A DNA stretch of 56,640 bases, taken from assembly GCA_043803745.1 (NCBI GenBank), contig JAZDJS010000036.1, forward strand, positions 1-56,640, in the 5' to 3' direction. This document shows, piece by piece, positions 1 through 8,782 of the stretch. The DNA is from an archaeon (GTDB taxonomy: Archaea > SpSt-1190 > DYHY01). A program made the position numbers and the translations under genes. Position 1 is the first letter of the stretch. Each line of letters starts with the position of its first letter. Below the pieces are notes generated by a model. That model was not told the origin of the DNA. It did not search any database and saw only the letters and a list, made by a program, of their open reading frames with translations.

Positions 1-59
1 GTGCGTTTCCTTCGCTTATATCCCAAATTGGCTCAGGACTTCGTCGAGACAAGCTCTCT

Positions 60-1829
60 TCAGCCCCAGTGCATTCCCCATGAAGGGGTCTTCCTGCGCA
101 TTATCGCCGCAAGCCCGTCAAGAGCCTCGAGCTCGTCCGAGGAAAGGAACTTTTTGTTCTCAAGAAGCTTCTTGAACGTCTCTTCCGGAACTGCCGGGAA
201 AATAACGTCCTGCTCGAAGAGGCTCCGTCCGACCACCGCGCCCTCAATCGAGACGGCGCACCGCTTCCCCTTTTCAGCGGATTCGACGCTCTTGCCGTCG
301 ACCTGGATGTCGGAGAGCAGTCCGAGGGACGAGCCGTCCTCCTTCAAAAGCTTGACCCCCTTGCGCAAGATTCCCGCCGAAACCTCAACCCCGACGACAG
401 CCGGCTTGCTCTGCCGGAAAACATACCCCGGAAGGACCTGGAAGCGCGCGCCTCTGGGGACGCCCTCAATCTCCCGCTTCTTCTTTTCCTCAACCTTCTG
501 CTTGACGAATTCCTGGTAGCCCTCCACAATCTTGTAAATCACATCGTTCAGGATTATGGGCACTTTCCGTTCCTTTGCAAGAGCGGCGGCATCATCGTTA
601 ACGGTAACCAGAAAGCCCAGGACGATTCCGAAAAACTCGTCGGTTTTCCCGAGCTCCTCCGCCTCCACAACATCTTTCCGGGAAATGCCGCCAATCCCGT
701 ATCCGTTGATGCTTATCTTCGCCTCGGAAAGGAGGGCACCCATTGCCTCAAGCGAGCCAATCGAATCCGCCTTGATTATCACCCCGTTTTTTTCAGTCCG
801 TATCTGTATGTTCTCAAGCTGCTTCTGTATTTCCTCGCTCGCGCCTGCGCCCCCGAGAAGCATGCTTCCAGCCATAACGTTCTCGCAGCCGGACGCGAGT
901 ATCTTCACCGCGCCCGCGGCAACGATCTCCCGGACGCTCTCGAAGCTGTCCTTCGGGTCCCGTATTTCGTCAAGGGGCTTCGGCTTGAGGAGCGCACGGA
1001 CCTTTATCTCAACCGGGCCGTCAACCCCGCCGATTGAAATGACGTCCCCGACCTTGAGCGTCCCGTCGTAAATCACAACGTCGATTCCGGCGCACTGGCC
1101 GCGCTCCTGCTTTACCTCAAGGACGGTTCCCTTCGCAGGGCTGTCCGGAGTTATTTCAAGCCGGTTCGCAAGGAACTTTTGGGAAAGCCCCGCAAGAAGA
1201 GCCATCAGGTCAGGGATTCCCTCGCCGGTTTTCGAGCTCACCGGGACGATTGCAACCGTTTTCGTGAAATCGGAAACCCGGTCGTATCGTTCCGAGTCAA
1301 GCCCCTCCTTTCCGACGTCTGCAACGATTTCATAGATTTTCTGGTCAAGGGCGAAGAGCGAGTCCTTCGAACGCTTGGTCCGGGAGTTCTCGAGAAAGGA
1401 CCCCGCCTCCGACTGCCAGCCGTGGAGAAGGTCGACTTTCGTCGCGGCAATCACGAACGGGGTCTTGTTGAGCTTGAGTATCTTCAGGGATTCGAGCGTC
1501 TGCGGCTGGAAGCCCGCCCGTATGTCGATGACAAGAACCGCAATGTCCGCAAGCTCGCCCCCCCGCCGCCTCAGGTTGAGGAACGCTTTGTGGCCCGGCG
1601 TGTCAAGAACCACGAGGCCCGGAATCGTTATCTCGGTCTTCAGTATCTTCAGGATTTCGCCGCACTTGTCAACAATGTATTTCGACGGGATTTCCGATGC
1701 GCCAATCATCTGGGTTATCCCGCCGACTTCCCGCGTCAGTACCGATGTGTTCCTTATTGCGTCGAGAAGGGAGGTTTTGCCATGGTCGACATGGCCGAGG
1801 AAGGTGACGATCGGAGAGCGTATTGGCAT
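60..1829 (-). CDS. infB: Translation initiation factor aIF5B (IF-2)
   Basis: N-terminus RSPIVTFLGHVDHGKTSLLD, then GGITQMIGA, DTPGH, TKVD, VSSKTGEG; C-terminal VFRQSKPAVVGVEV typical of archaeal IF5B. Confidence 0.98.
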   Translation of the reverse strand: MPIRSPIVTFLGHVDHGKTSLLDAIRNTSVLTREVGGITQMIGASEIPSKYIVDKCGEILKILKTEITIPGLVVLDTPGHKAFLNLRRRGGELADIAVLVIDIRAGFQPQTLESLKILKLNKTPFVIAATKVDLLHGWQSEAGSFLENSRTKRSKDSLFALDQKIYEIVADVGKEGLDSERYDRVSDFTKTVAIVPVSSKTGEGIPDLMALLAGLSQKFLANRLEITPDSPAKGTVLEVKQERGQCAGIDVVIYDGTLKVGDVISIGGVDGPVEIKVRALLKPKPLDEIRDPKDSFESVREIVAAGAVKILASGCENVMAGSMLLGGAGASEEIQKQLENIQIRTEKNGVIIKADSIGSLEAMGALLSEAKISINGYGIGGISRKDVVEAEELGKTDEFFGIVLGFLVTVNDDAAALAKERKVPIILNDVIYKIVEGYQEFVKQKVEEKKKREIEGVPRGARFQVLPGYVFRQSKPAVVGVEVSAGILRKGVKLLKEDGSSLGLLSDIQVDGKSVESAEKGKRCAVSIEGAVVGRSLFEQDVIFPAVPEETFKKLLENKKFLSSDELEALDGLAAIMRRKTPSWGMHWG

Positions 1830-1883
1830 TTTCTAGTCATCCGTTATCGTCAGGGATAAAAAGCCGCTTTATAATTCTGCCCC

Positions 1884-2312
1884 GTGGCGGGGAAGAAGAA
1901 GCGGGTCCTGGTCGGGGGAACCTTCGAATACCTCCATTCCGGGCACATTGCCTTCCTGAAGGCGGCCTCAGCGCACGGGAAGCTTTTCGTTGTTGTTGCG
2001 CGGGACGGGAATTCCGCAAGAATCCGGGGAAGGAAACCAGTTGTCCCGGAGAAACTCCGGCTTGCCCAGATGAAATCCCTGAAGCTCGTGGAACGGGCTT
2101 TCCTGGGCGGAAAGAACGGCTTGCTTGACGGAATAAGGCGCGCGAAACCGGACCTGATTTTCCTCGGGCCCGACCAGCTCGGAACCGGCAAGCTCAGAAA
2201 GATTCTTCGTGGGGAAAACGGGCTTGACGGAATGGAAATCCTGAGGATGCGCGCCCGCGTCGGAAGGGAACAAAGTTCCCGCAAACTCTTAAGGCGCCTG
2301 TTGTCAGACTGA
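1884..2312 (+). CDS. Cytidylyltransferase-family nucleotidyltransferase, probable archaeal FAD synthetase (RibL-like)
   Basis: GGTFEYLHSGH (HxGH), VVVARD, KPDLIFLGPDQ, SS near the C-terminus; GTG start; TTTATAA box at about 1868-1874. Confidence 0.85.
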   Translation: MAGKKKRVLVGGTFEYLHSGHIAFLKAASAHGKLFVVVARDGNSARIRGRKPVVPEKLRLAQMKSLKLVERAFLGGKNGLLDGIRRAKPDLIFLGPDQLGTGKLRKILRGENGLDGMEILRMRARVGREQSSRKLLRRLLSD

Positions 2313-2389
2313 TACAACGGAAATCAACTTTCAAGTTTACTTTTTCCTAAACCAACCGCATATCTATTAGGAAAGCGCCCTCGATTCCA

Positions 2390-3889
2390 ATGGGAACCCC
2401 AAGGGGAAAAACCGGGAAATTCGCAAGGCAAGCGGGCCGGGTTATCCGGTCTTTCCCGACGCTTCCTTCAATCCCCCAGATGGCCCAATATCTTTTCTGG
2501 TATGCAACGGTCGAGCATAATCCGAAGGAAATCCTGATGGACTTCTCCCCTGTCCTTCCTCCGGCCGGGGGGGATTTCCCCCATGCAACTGTCGCGCTCC
2601 ACAACCACACAAGAGTGAATGACCGCACCGGACGGGGGGCGGCGGAAATTCCCCTTGAGGAGACGCTTGAGCTTTACGGGAGCGGAAGCGACGGGCTTGC
2701 ATCGCCGGAAGAAATGCTTCTCGCGGCATATGGGGCGGGAATGCAGGTTTACGTCAGCTCGGATCACCTCACAATGCAGAACGTTGTAACGGGAGAGCCC
2801 CTTTCGGACGGGAACCTCCCCTGGGGGGTTGGATTCGGGAACGCGGACCGGCGGAAGCTTGCGCAGCTCAAGGCTGATGGGAAAATCGGTAGGGCATTCT
2901 TCGCGCTTCCGGGAGCCGAGCTTGACGTTAACAATGTGCATCTCCTCGTTCTAGGGACCGCCTTCGATACTGAGCGGGATGGAAAGGGCTACCAAGTCCT
3001 CAATCCGCTTTTCGAACGTAAGCTCGGAAAGCGTGTTGACCCGGATTTGTCGGCAACCGAACAGCACGAACTCTTCTTCAGATACGCAAACAAGGTGGGT
3101 TACAGGAGGATTGTCCGCTTCCTTGACGGGCTCGAGGACGCAATAGTCGTTTCTGCGCACGAGGGAGTTCCGCTTTCCGGGGCAAACCGGCTGAACCGGG
3201 GCCTTGCGGTAAACCGGGAAATCCAGAACGGCGAGGTCCTTGCCCTTGACATGCTTCCGCATGCGCTCCAGGAGGAATACGGCCTCCTTGCTGCCGCCCC
3301 GGTCGGGGCATATCCGGCTGCAAGGGTTTCGTTCGATGCCGGGATGGAAACGGAGGTGAAACGCGCCGCCAAGAAGGGAGCTTTCCTCTGGGATAGCGAT
3401 GCCCACACCCCTGCAATGGTTGACGCATATCTGACGCACTTTCTCGGGATCGATCCCGGGAAATATGTCGAGCTTGAGGAAGCTGGCGGGGACGCGCTGC
3501 TTGAGCTTACGAAGGACTTGAAGGCAGCTCTCAGGGAAGGACGGATTGTCGGCGGGCTCAATCCGAAATATTGGGATCCGGACCGCACGAATCCGCAGAC
3601 CGGAGAGCCGGGATATTTCGACGAGCCGGCCCTCCGGGAACTTTCGGGCGGCTATTTCGGGCATCTTGGGAACACAATCAAGGAGTGGAGCGCAGTTGTC
3701 CCGGTCCTTGAACCGCTTGGGAAGCTTCTCAAGTCTGCTAGAAGAACATATCAGGAAAAAATACTTCCGGCTCACGGGGACCGGGCAAGAGCGGCTGTCG
3801 CGAAGCTTGCAAGAGTCCTGAGAATACCCGATTCAGCCTACGCTCCCCTGGAAGCGCCAAAAGAGATTTCGTCATATGCCGGCAGTTAG
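2390..3889 (+). CDS. PHP-domain (polymerase/histidinol phosphatase-like) metal-dependent phosphoesterase
   Basis: PHP motifs in the expected order: LHNHT, SDH, PGAEL, HLLVLG, VVSAH, SDAH. Confidence 0.75.
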   Translation: MGTPRGKTGKFARQAGRVIRSFPTLPSIPQMAQYLFWYATVEHNPKEILMDFSPVLPPAGGDFPHATVALHNHTRVNDRTGRGAAEIPLEETLELYGSGSDGLASPEEMLLAAYGAGMQVYVSSDHLTMQNVVTGEPLSDGNLPWGVGFGNADRRKLAQLKADGKIGRAFFALPGAELDVNNVHLLVLGTAFDTERDGKGYQVLNPLFERKLGKRVDPDLSATEQHELFFRYANKVGYRRIVRFLDGLEDAIVVSAHEGVPLSGANRLNRGLAVNREIQNGEVLALDMLPHALQEEYGLLAAAPVGAYPAARVSFDAGMETEVKRAAKKGAFLWDSDAHTPAMVDAYLTHFLGIDPGKYVELEEAGGDALLELTKDLKAALREGRIVGGLNPKYWDPDRTNPQTGEPGYFDEPALRELSGGYFGHLGNTIKEWSAVVPVLEPLGKLLKSARRTYQEKILPAHGDRARAAVAKLARVLRIPDSAYAPLEAPKEISSYAGS

Positions 3890-3925
3890 CTTAATAAGCG
3901 GCGTTCCGGAGGCTTCCCGCTGAAA

Positions 3926-4774
3926 ATGATCCTTGTCGAGGAAATACCGGGCGGGCATTCAACCAAAAGCCAGATTGTCGAAATCCTTTCGCGCGAGTGG
4001 CCCCTTTCCTGCCGGAAAATCTACAACCGGCTTTCGAAGGAGCGGGGGCGCAACATAACATACCAGGCGGTCCACAAGGCAACCCTCCAGATGACCGACG
4101 AGAACGTCCTTGTCAAGTCAGGACTGGCTTATTCCCTCAACCTCGACTGGGTAAACAAGATAGAGCGCTTTTCGCGGGACGTCTCAAGCGCGTATCTTGA
4201 GGGGCGCAAGGTGCCGAGCCTCGAGGGGGATTTGGTGCAGCACAATTTCGAGAGCGGATACGAGACAATACGCTTCCTGAGCGAAAATTTCCTGCGGGGC
4301 AAATTCATCCCGATGAATTCGGAGAAAATCCGCATTTACGTCAAGGTCCAGCACATGTGGAACCCCTTCGTCCTCGCTCCCGGGGATTTCGGCAAGCTTC
4401 GCGAGCTTTCGGGGAAAATCGAGGCTTTCGTTGCCTGCAAGGGGAGCACCCAGCTCGACCGGATAATTTCCCGGTTCTACAACGCGCTCGGAATAAAAAC
4501 GGCTCTTGGTGCCGAGGTTTCCGAAACCCCCGAGCTTGCGGTTGTCGGGGAAACCGTCATCCAAATATTCAATCCCCCGGAGATGCGGGCGCTCCTTTCA
4601 AAGACATACCAAACAACGAAAACGCTTTTCTCGCCGGAGCTCATACGGAATTTCAACGAGATTGCCCACGGGCGGATGAAAGTCACGGTCCTGATAAACC
4701 GGAACGCCCTTGCTGCCGAAGGAATAAAGGGAGAAATCTCTACGTTCTTCCTCCAACGAAAGGGGAAAAAATAA
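3926..4774 (+). CDS. Winged helix-turn-helix putative transcriptional regulator
   Basis: N-terminal STKSQIVEILSREWPLS..KIYNRL...ITYQAVHK pattern (wHTH); GGAGG upstream. Confidence 0.7.
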   Translation: MILVEEIPGGHSTKSQIVEILSREWPLSCRKIYNRLSKERGRNITYQAVHKATLQMTDENVLVKSGLAYSLNLDWVNKIERFSRDVSSAYLEGRKVPSLEGDLVQHNFESGYETIRFLSENFLRGKFIPMNSEKIRIYVKVQHMWNPFVLAPGDFGKLRELSGKIEAFVACKGSTQLDRIISRFYNALGIKTALGAEVSETPELAVVGETVIQIFNPPEMRALLSKTYQTTKTLFSPELIRNFNEIAHGRMKVTVLINRNALAAEGIKGEISTFFLQRKGKK

Positions 4775-4782
4775 GTCCCCGG

Positions 4783-5004
4783 CTATTGATTCTTCGGATG
4801 CTGGTGCGCGCGAAGTTCATCTCTCCTTTCCCTGAACTGTTCGGTCCAGCGCGTTTTCTCCGGCTTGCGCCCCAGCTTTACGAGGTTCGACTCGCATTTC
4901 CTGGAGCAGAAAAGGTAGATTGTCCCGTCGCTTTTGACGCAAATCTTGCCGGTTCCCTTTGCAACGGTTTTCCCGCAAAAAGAGCATTTCGTGAGAAGCA
5001 CCAT
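4783..5004 (-). CDS. rpl24e: 50S ribosomal protein L24e
   Basis: CSFCG...G.GKI.VK.DG..Y.FCSRKC...GRKP...WT signature. Confidence 0.97.
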   Translation of the reverse strand: MVLLTKCSFCGKTVAKGTGKICVKSDGTIYLFCSRKCESNLVKLGRKPEKTRWTEQFRERRDELRAHQHPKNQ

Positions 5005-5012
5005 ATTTTTTA

Positions 5013-5264
5013 TTAGCGTTCCTCCCTGGGTTTCTTTCTGTCATCCGTCTTCTTCCGCGGGCCTTCCGCACGCCGCGCCTGCATGACGGTCTCAAGCAAA
5101 TGGAGGGTGTCTCCGGCCTTGATCGGTCCCTTGACGTTCCTCACAAGGATTTTCCCGGCTTCCTTGCCGTCAAGCACCTCGCATCTCACCTGTATTATGT
5201 CCCCCCTGACTCCGGTCCTTCCGAGAACCTCAAGGACTTTTGCGGGGGCTGAAGTTTCTGCCAT
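5013..5264 (-). CDS. rps28e: 30S ribosomal protein S28e
   Basis: AKVLEVLGRTGVRG..IQVRC...RNVKGPI..GD.L.LLET. Confidence 0.97.
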   Translation of the reverse strand: MAETSAPAKVLEVLGRTGVRGDIIQVRCEVLDGKEAGKILVRNVKGPIKAGDTLHLLETVMQARRAEGPRKKTDDRKKPREER

Positions 5265-5275
5265 TTGTCAAGAAC

Positions 5276-5656
5276 TCACTTTTTGGAGAATTCCGAAATC
5301 TTCTTCGCAAGATCGTCAATGAGCGCCTTCGAGTCGCCCGGCTTGACAACCGCTACTGCCGATGTCGGAACCTCAATTCCCGAAGCGGCACCAAGGTCCG
5401 CCTTTCCAGGAACAATTACGAACGGGACGCCCTTCTCTTCGCAGAGAGGCGGGATGTGCGCGATTACCTCAGCGGGCTCGACATCCATCGCAATCACGAC
5501 GAGGAGGGCTTGCCCCCTTTCAATCATCTTGGTTACCTCGTTGGTCCCCTTCTTGAGTTTGCCGGTAACCCTAACTTTTTCAAGAACCTCGAGAGCCTTC
5601 TCGGATAGTTCCTTCGGCACTTCGTATTTCGCAAATAACTGTTTTCCAGATGCCAT
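5276..5656 (-). CDS. rpl7ae: 50S ribosomal protein L7Ae
   Basis: GKLKKGTNEVTK.IERG...LVVIA.DVEP.EV.AHIP.LCEEK...LGAASGIEV. Confidence 0.98.
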   Translation of the reverse strand: MASGKQLFAKYEVPKELSEKALEVLEKVRVTGKLKKGTNEVTKMIERGQALLVVIAMDVEPAEVIAHIPPLCEEKGVPFVIVPGKADLGAASGIEVPTSAVAVVKPGDSKALIDDLAKKISEFSKK

Positions 5657-5731
5657 CAGTCATCACTCCATCCTTCGGCCCTTACCGGGGTTTAAATAAC
5701 TAACTTTCAGCTTTCAGGCAGTCTCCGCAAC

Positions 5732-7489
5732 TCACTTGTGAGCCATCCAGAACTCGGCAGCGCCATCTTTCCAGCAATCAAGGCGGCAGAAGCCGAATCG
5801 CTCAAGCTGGACAACCTGGCCGGGCTTGATTGTGCTCCCTGCGCTTTCCAACAAACCCCCAATCCACGCGCCGTCAGGCATCAGGATTTTCGCCGGAATC
5901 GAATTCTTCAAGGGGACGAAATGTATTGTCGCGACAGGCGCTCCTTCGGAGGGAACGAGCTCCTCGCGTTCACCCGCCTGCTCGAAAATTCCGAGCCCCT
6001 TGAGCCGGACTGGTCCGCTTGCGAAAAGCGGAAGGTCGGCCCCCTCAAGCGAAACCTTTTCCCCCGAAGAAACCGAATATTTCCGCACACCCCTTGCCGG
6101 ATTGTCAGGATGGAGCGGAGCAGTCCCTTCCGCGTCTGCGCCGATTTCAAGGTCAATCGCATTGCCGCTGCCGACGAAGAAATACCTGTCCGAAGTCGGG
6201 TCGATAAGCTCCCGGTTCATCCCGTAAAGTATCTCCGCCTCAACCGCAACATCAACAAGGCTCATTCCGAAAGAAAGGAGGAACTTCCGGACTGCCGCGG
6301 GACGTATCCCCCGCCGCGCAAGGCTCTGCAGGCTCCAGGTCCGCGGGTCGTCCCAGCCGACGAACTCGCCGCTCCTTATTTTTTCCTTCGATTTCGATTT
6401 GCTTATCGTTCCGGCGCCCTCTTCAAGTCGGAACTTTCCGTAATGGAGGAAATGCGCATGCTTCCAGCCGAAATAGTCCCAGACAATCTCCTCAACCCGG
6501 TCCTCCTTGACAAGGTCCGCGCCGCGAAGGATGTGTGTTGAGCCGATCAAATGGTCGTCGATTGCCCACGAGAATTCGAGCAGGGGCCAGACGCGGTATT
6601 TCCTTCCGACGCGCGGATGCTCCTTCTCAGTTATCCTCATTATGACATGATCCCGGAGCGCCGGGTCCGGGTTGTCCATCCCGCTTTTTATCCGGACAAC
6701 CGCTTTGCCCGAGGAGAACGAACCGTCAAGCATCCCTTTCCAGCGCGCAAGATGCTCGGAAATTCGTTCGCTCCGGCAGGGGCATTCCTTGCCGACCGCC
6801 TTGAATTTCGTCCTGAACTCGTTCCCGTCGCAGGTGCAGACATATGCGTTCCCGTCGCGCAGGAGCGCCTCGGCATGCTCGTAAAAAAGCTCGAGCCTGT
6901 CCGATTTGTAGAACTCCTCGTGCCATTCGACCCCGAGCCAGCGCAGGCTTTCCGGAATGAGGGCGTATGCCTCCGGAAGGATGTCCTTTTGCGCAACCTG
7001 CCGGGTTCCCTCGGAAGTTTCGACGCTGCTCGATTCAGTCCCGACGGTGTCGTCGAAAAAGAGCACAAGCCGGCCTCCGTACTTCTTGACATATTCGTCG
7101 TTAAGGACCGTCATCCGCGCGTTCCCGATATGAAGCGGCCCGGAAGGGAATGGCGCCATTCGCATCCTTACGGCCGAAGTATCCCCCAGAAGGGACGGGA
7201 GTTCCCGCTCTCCTGAAGCGTCCTTTTTCCGCCTCTCTTCGAGGACGGCTGCCCGCTCCTCCGAAAATCCCGAGAAATTCTCCTCAAGCAGCTTTTTCTG
7301 CGCCTCAATAGAGAGGGAATTCACGTATGCTATCTTTTCGGAAATAATCTTCCCGAGCGAGGACAGCTCCTTCTTCGCATCCGGATTTTCCGCAATCAAT
7401 TTCCCGATTACCGCGCCTGAGCTCGCCCGCCCGCCGAAGGAGACTGCGTTGTGAAGCGCATGCTTGAGTATTATCTCTCCGGCATCCAT
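5732..7489 (-). CDS. gltX: Glutamyl-tRNA synthetase (archaeal type)
   Basis: RMAPFPSGPLHIGN (HIGH), THILRG, ISKS (KMSKS equivalent), GWDDPR, QLERFGF. Start set at ATG 7489, about 25 nt below a minus-strand TTTATAA at 7520-7514. Confidence 0.97.
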   Translation of the reverse strand: MDAGEIILKHALHNAVSFGGRASSGAVIGKLIAENPDAKKELSSLGKIISEKIAYVNSLSIEAQKKLLEENFSGFSEERAAVLEERRKKDASGERELPSLLGDTSAVRMRMAPFPSGPLHIGNARMTVLNDEYVKKYGGRLVLFFDDTVGTESSSVETSEGTRQVAQKDILPEAYALIPESLRWLGVEWHEEFYKSDRLELFYEHAEALLRDGNAYVCTCDGNEFRTKFKAVGKECPCRSERISEHLARWKGMLDGSFSSGKAVVRIKSGMDNPDPALRDHVIMRITEKEHPRVGRKYRVWPLLEFSWAIDDHLIGSTHILRGADLVKEDRVEEIVWDYFGWKHAHFLHYGKFRLEEGAGTISKSKSKEKIRSGEFVGWDDPRTWSLQSLARRGIRPAAVRKFLLSFGMSLVDVAVEAEILYGMNRELIDPTSDRYFFVGSGNAIDLEIGADAEGTAPLHPDNPARGVRKYSVSSGEKVSLEGADLPLFASGPVRLKGLGIFEQAGEREELVPSEGAPVATIHFVPLKNSIPAKILMPDGAWIGGLLESAGSTIKPGQVVQLERFGFCRLDCWKDGAAEFWMAHK

Positions 7490-7541
7490 ACGTCCGAAAA
7501 AAAACAGTTTCACTTATAAACTTTAGACCGGAGCCCGCCCT

Positions 7542-7563
7542 GCTGAGGTATAGCGAAGCGGTT
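7542..7563 (+). repeat. Duplicated 5' fragment of the adjacent tRNA-Ser
   Basis: GCTGAGGTA[TA]GCGAAGCGGTT equals tRNA nt 1-20 plus a 2-nt insertion. It is followed by a 12-bp hairpin at 7576-7602. Confidence 0.7.
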
Positions 7564-7630
7564 GGCTTAGAAACCCTTTTCTCTTTTGCGAAAAGAGAAA
7601 AGCCTTTCACGGGAAAAGAGAAACACGTTT

Positions 7631-7637
7631 TTATAAA
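7631..7637 (+). promoter_or_regulatory. TATA box of tRNA-Ser
   Basis: TTATAAA starting 28 nt upstream of the tRNA 5' end. Confidence 0.65.
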
Positions 7638-7658
7638 CCCAAATTCCAATCTACTCGG

Positions 7659-7743
7659 GCTGAGGTAGCGAAGCGGTTAACGCGCCAGTCTGGAAAGCTG
7701 GTTTCCCGCAAGGGATGCATGGGTTCGAATCCCATCCTCAGCG
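7659..7743 (+). tRNA. tRNA-Ser (anticodon GGA)
   Basis: Acceptor stem GCTGAGG/CCTCAGC, discriminator G, anticodon arm CCAGT-CT-GGA-AA-GCTGG, long variable arm TCCC-GCAA-GGGA, T arm ATGGG-TTCGAAT-CCCAT; CCA not encoded. Confidence 0.97.
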
Positions 7744-7824
7744 CTCGCCTATTCCATTACACGTCACAAAAGGCTCGCGCTTCGGACTGAGAAATTTAAT
7801 AAACCTGGTCGGCTTCCTGCGCGG

Positions 7825-8238
7825 GTGCCGGAACGGAAATCATTCGTCTTCTCCTTCGAGATTTTCCTTGCGCTGATACTATTCGGATTCTCCGTGATTG
7901 TCCTCTCCGCAAGCGCCGGAAGGGAAACCGGTTTCCGGGAGAGGATTTTCCTAATTTCACGGGCGGACCTCCTCGACGACACACTCTCCTCCCTTCAGGC
8001 AAGCGGGAGAATCTATTCCCTCGTCAGGCCGCTGGAAGAGGGCTATTATCAAGAGCTGGTTTCAAACCTAGAAAAATCAACCGGAGAGAAACTGTGCCTT
8101 TACCTTGACGGAACCCCTCTTTACCGGGAGAATTGCAAACCCCTCATTTGCTCGAGGCGCTTCTTCGCGCAAGCAGCCCTTTCCGGAATTGTCGATTTCC
8201 GCAAGGCGGAGCTCTGCATTTCGGGGGCCGGCTCCTGA
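7825..8238 (+). CDS. Hypothetical pilin-like protein (class III signal-peptide-like N-terminus)
   Basis: RKS-FVFSFE followed by a hydrophobic helix; C-terminal Cys residues; GTG start. Confidence 0.6.
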   Translation: MPERKSFVFSFEIFLALILFGFSVIVLSASAGRETGFRERIFLISRADLLDDTLSSLQASGRIYSLVRPLEEGYYQELVSNLEKSTGEKLCLYLDGTPLYRENCKPLICSRRFFAQAALSGIVDFRKAELCISGAGS

Positions 8239-8239
8239 G

Positions 8240-8758
8240 ATGAAATCCGCAGCGTCAATCCTCCTTGCCCTCACATTCTCGGCAATCCTCCTGACCGGAC
8301 TTTATTCAAGGGAGCTTTCCCGGCGCGCATTCACGGATGCGGCTCTTGAGGCGCGCGAGAACAAGGAAGCGTTCTATCTTGCGCGGAATGCGGAGGAAAG
8401 CTTCTGGCAGACCCTTTCGGAAACGGCGGCAGCGTGCCCGAAATGCACCGCGGAAGAGGTGGAAATTCTCACCCAGGGAAACTTCCTGCGCTGGAGGGCC
8501 TTCTGGGAAGGCCACGGAATCCATTTTTCCTGGGCGAGCCCGGCCGCCCTTTCCGGACTGCCGATAAGCGCCCTCCCGGGAGCAGTTGCCGTTTCAGTTG
8601 TCGATTCGGGAGCGGTGAGAATCTTCTCATTTTCCGTCTCGGGAGCCGGGATATTCGGGAACGTCGAGAACCGGACGTACGCGATAATAGGCGCGGGAGA
8701 GGAGCGCGCCTGCCAAGTTTCCGCCCCTGAACCCCGCTGCATTTGGAAAGTTTCTTAA
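8240..8758 (+). CDS. Hypothetical membrane-anchored or exported protein
   Basis: ATG one base after the previous stop; MKSAASILLALTFSAILLTG hydrophobic N-terminus. Confidence 0.65.
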   Translation: MKSAASILLALTFSAILLTGLYSRELSRRAFTDAALEARENKEAFYLARNAEESFWQTLSETAAACPKCTAEEVEILTQGNFLRWRAFWEGHGIHFSWASPAALSGLPISALPGAVAVSVVDSGAVRIFSFSVSGAGIFGNVENRTYAIIGAGEERACQVSAPEPRCIWKVS

Positions 8759-8782
8759 AAGAAGGTTGGCAATGCCACTTGA

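Noticed and set aside
15-35. Possible relic of the infB 3' end (minus strand reads CCA ATT TGG GAT ATA, P-I-W-D-I versus P-S-W-G-M)
   Set aside because: Too short and too divergent to distinguish from chance, and it lies at the window edge.
7542-7610. Split-tRNA 5' half
   Set aside because: Similarity stops within the D loop, well before the anticodon, and no GC-rich trans-pairing trailer is evident. Retained only as a duplication.
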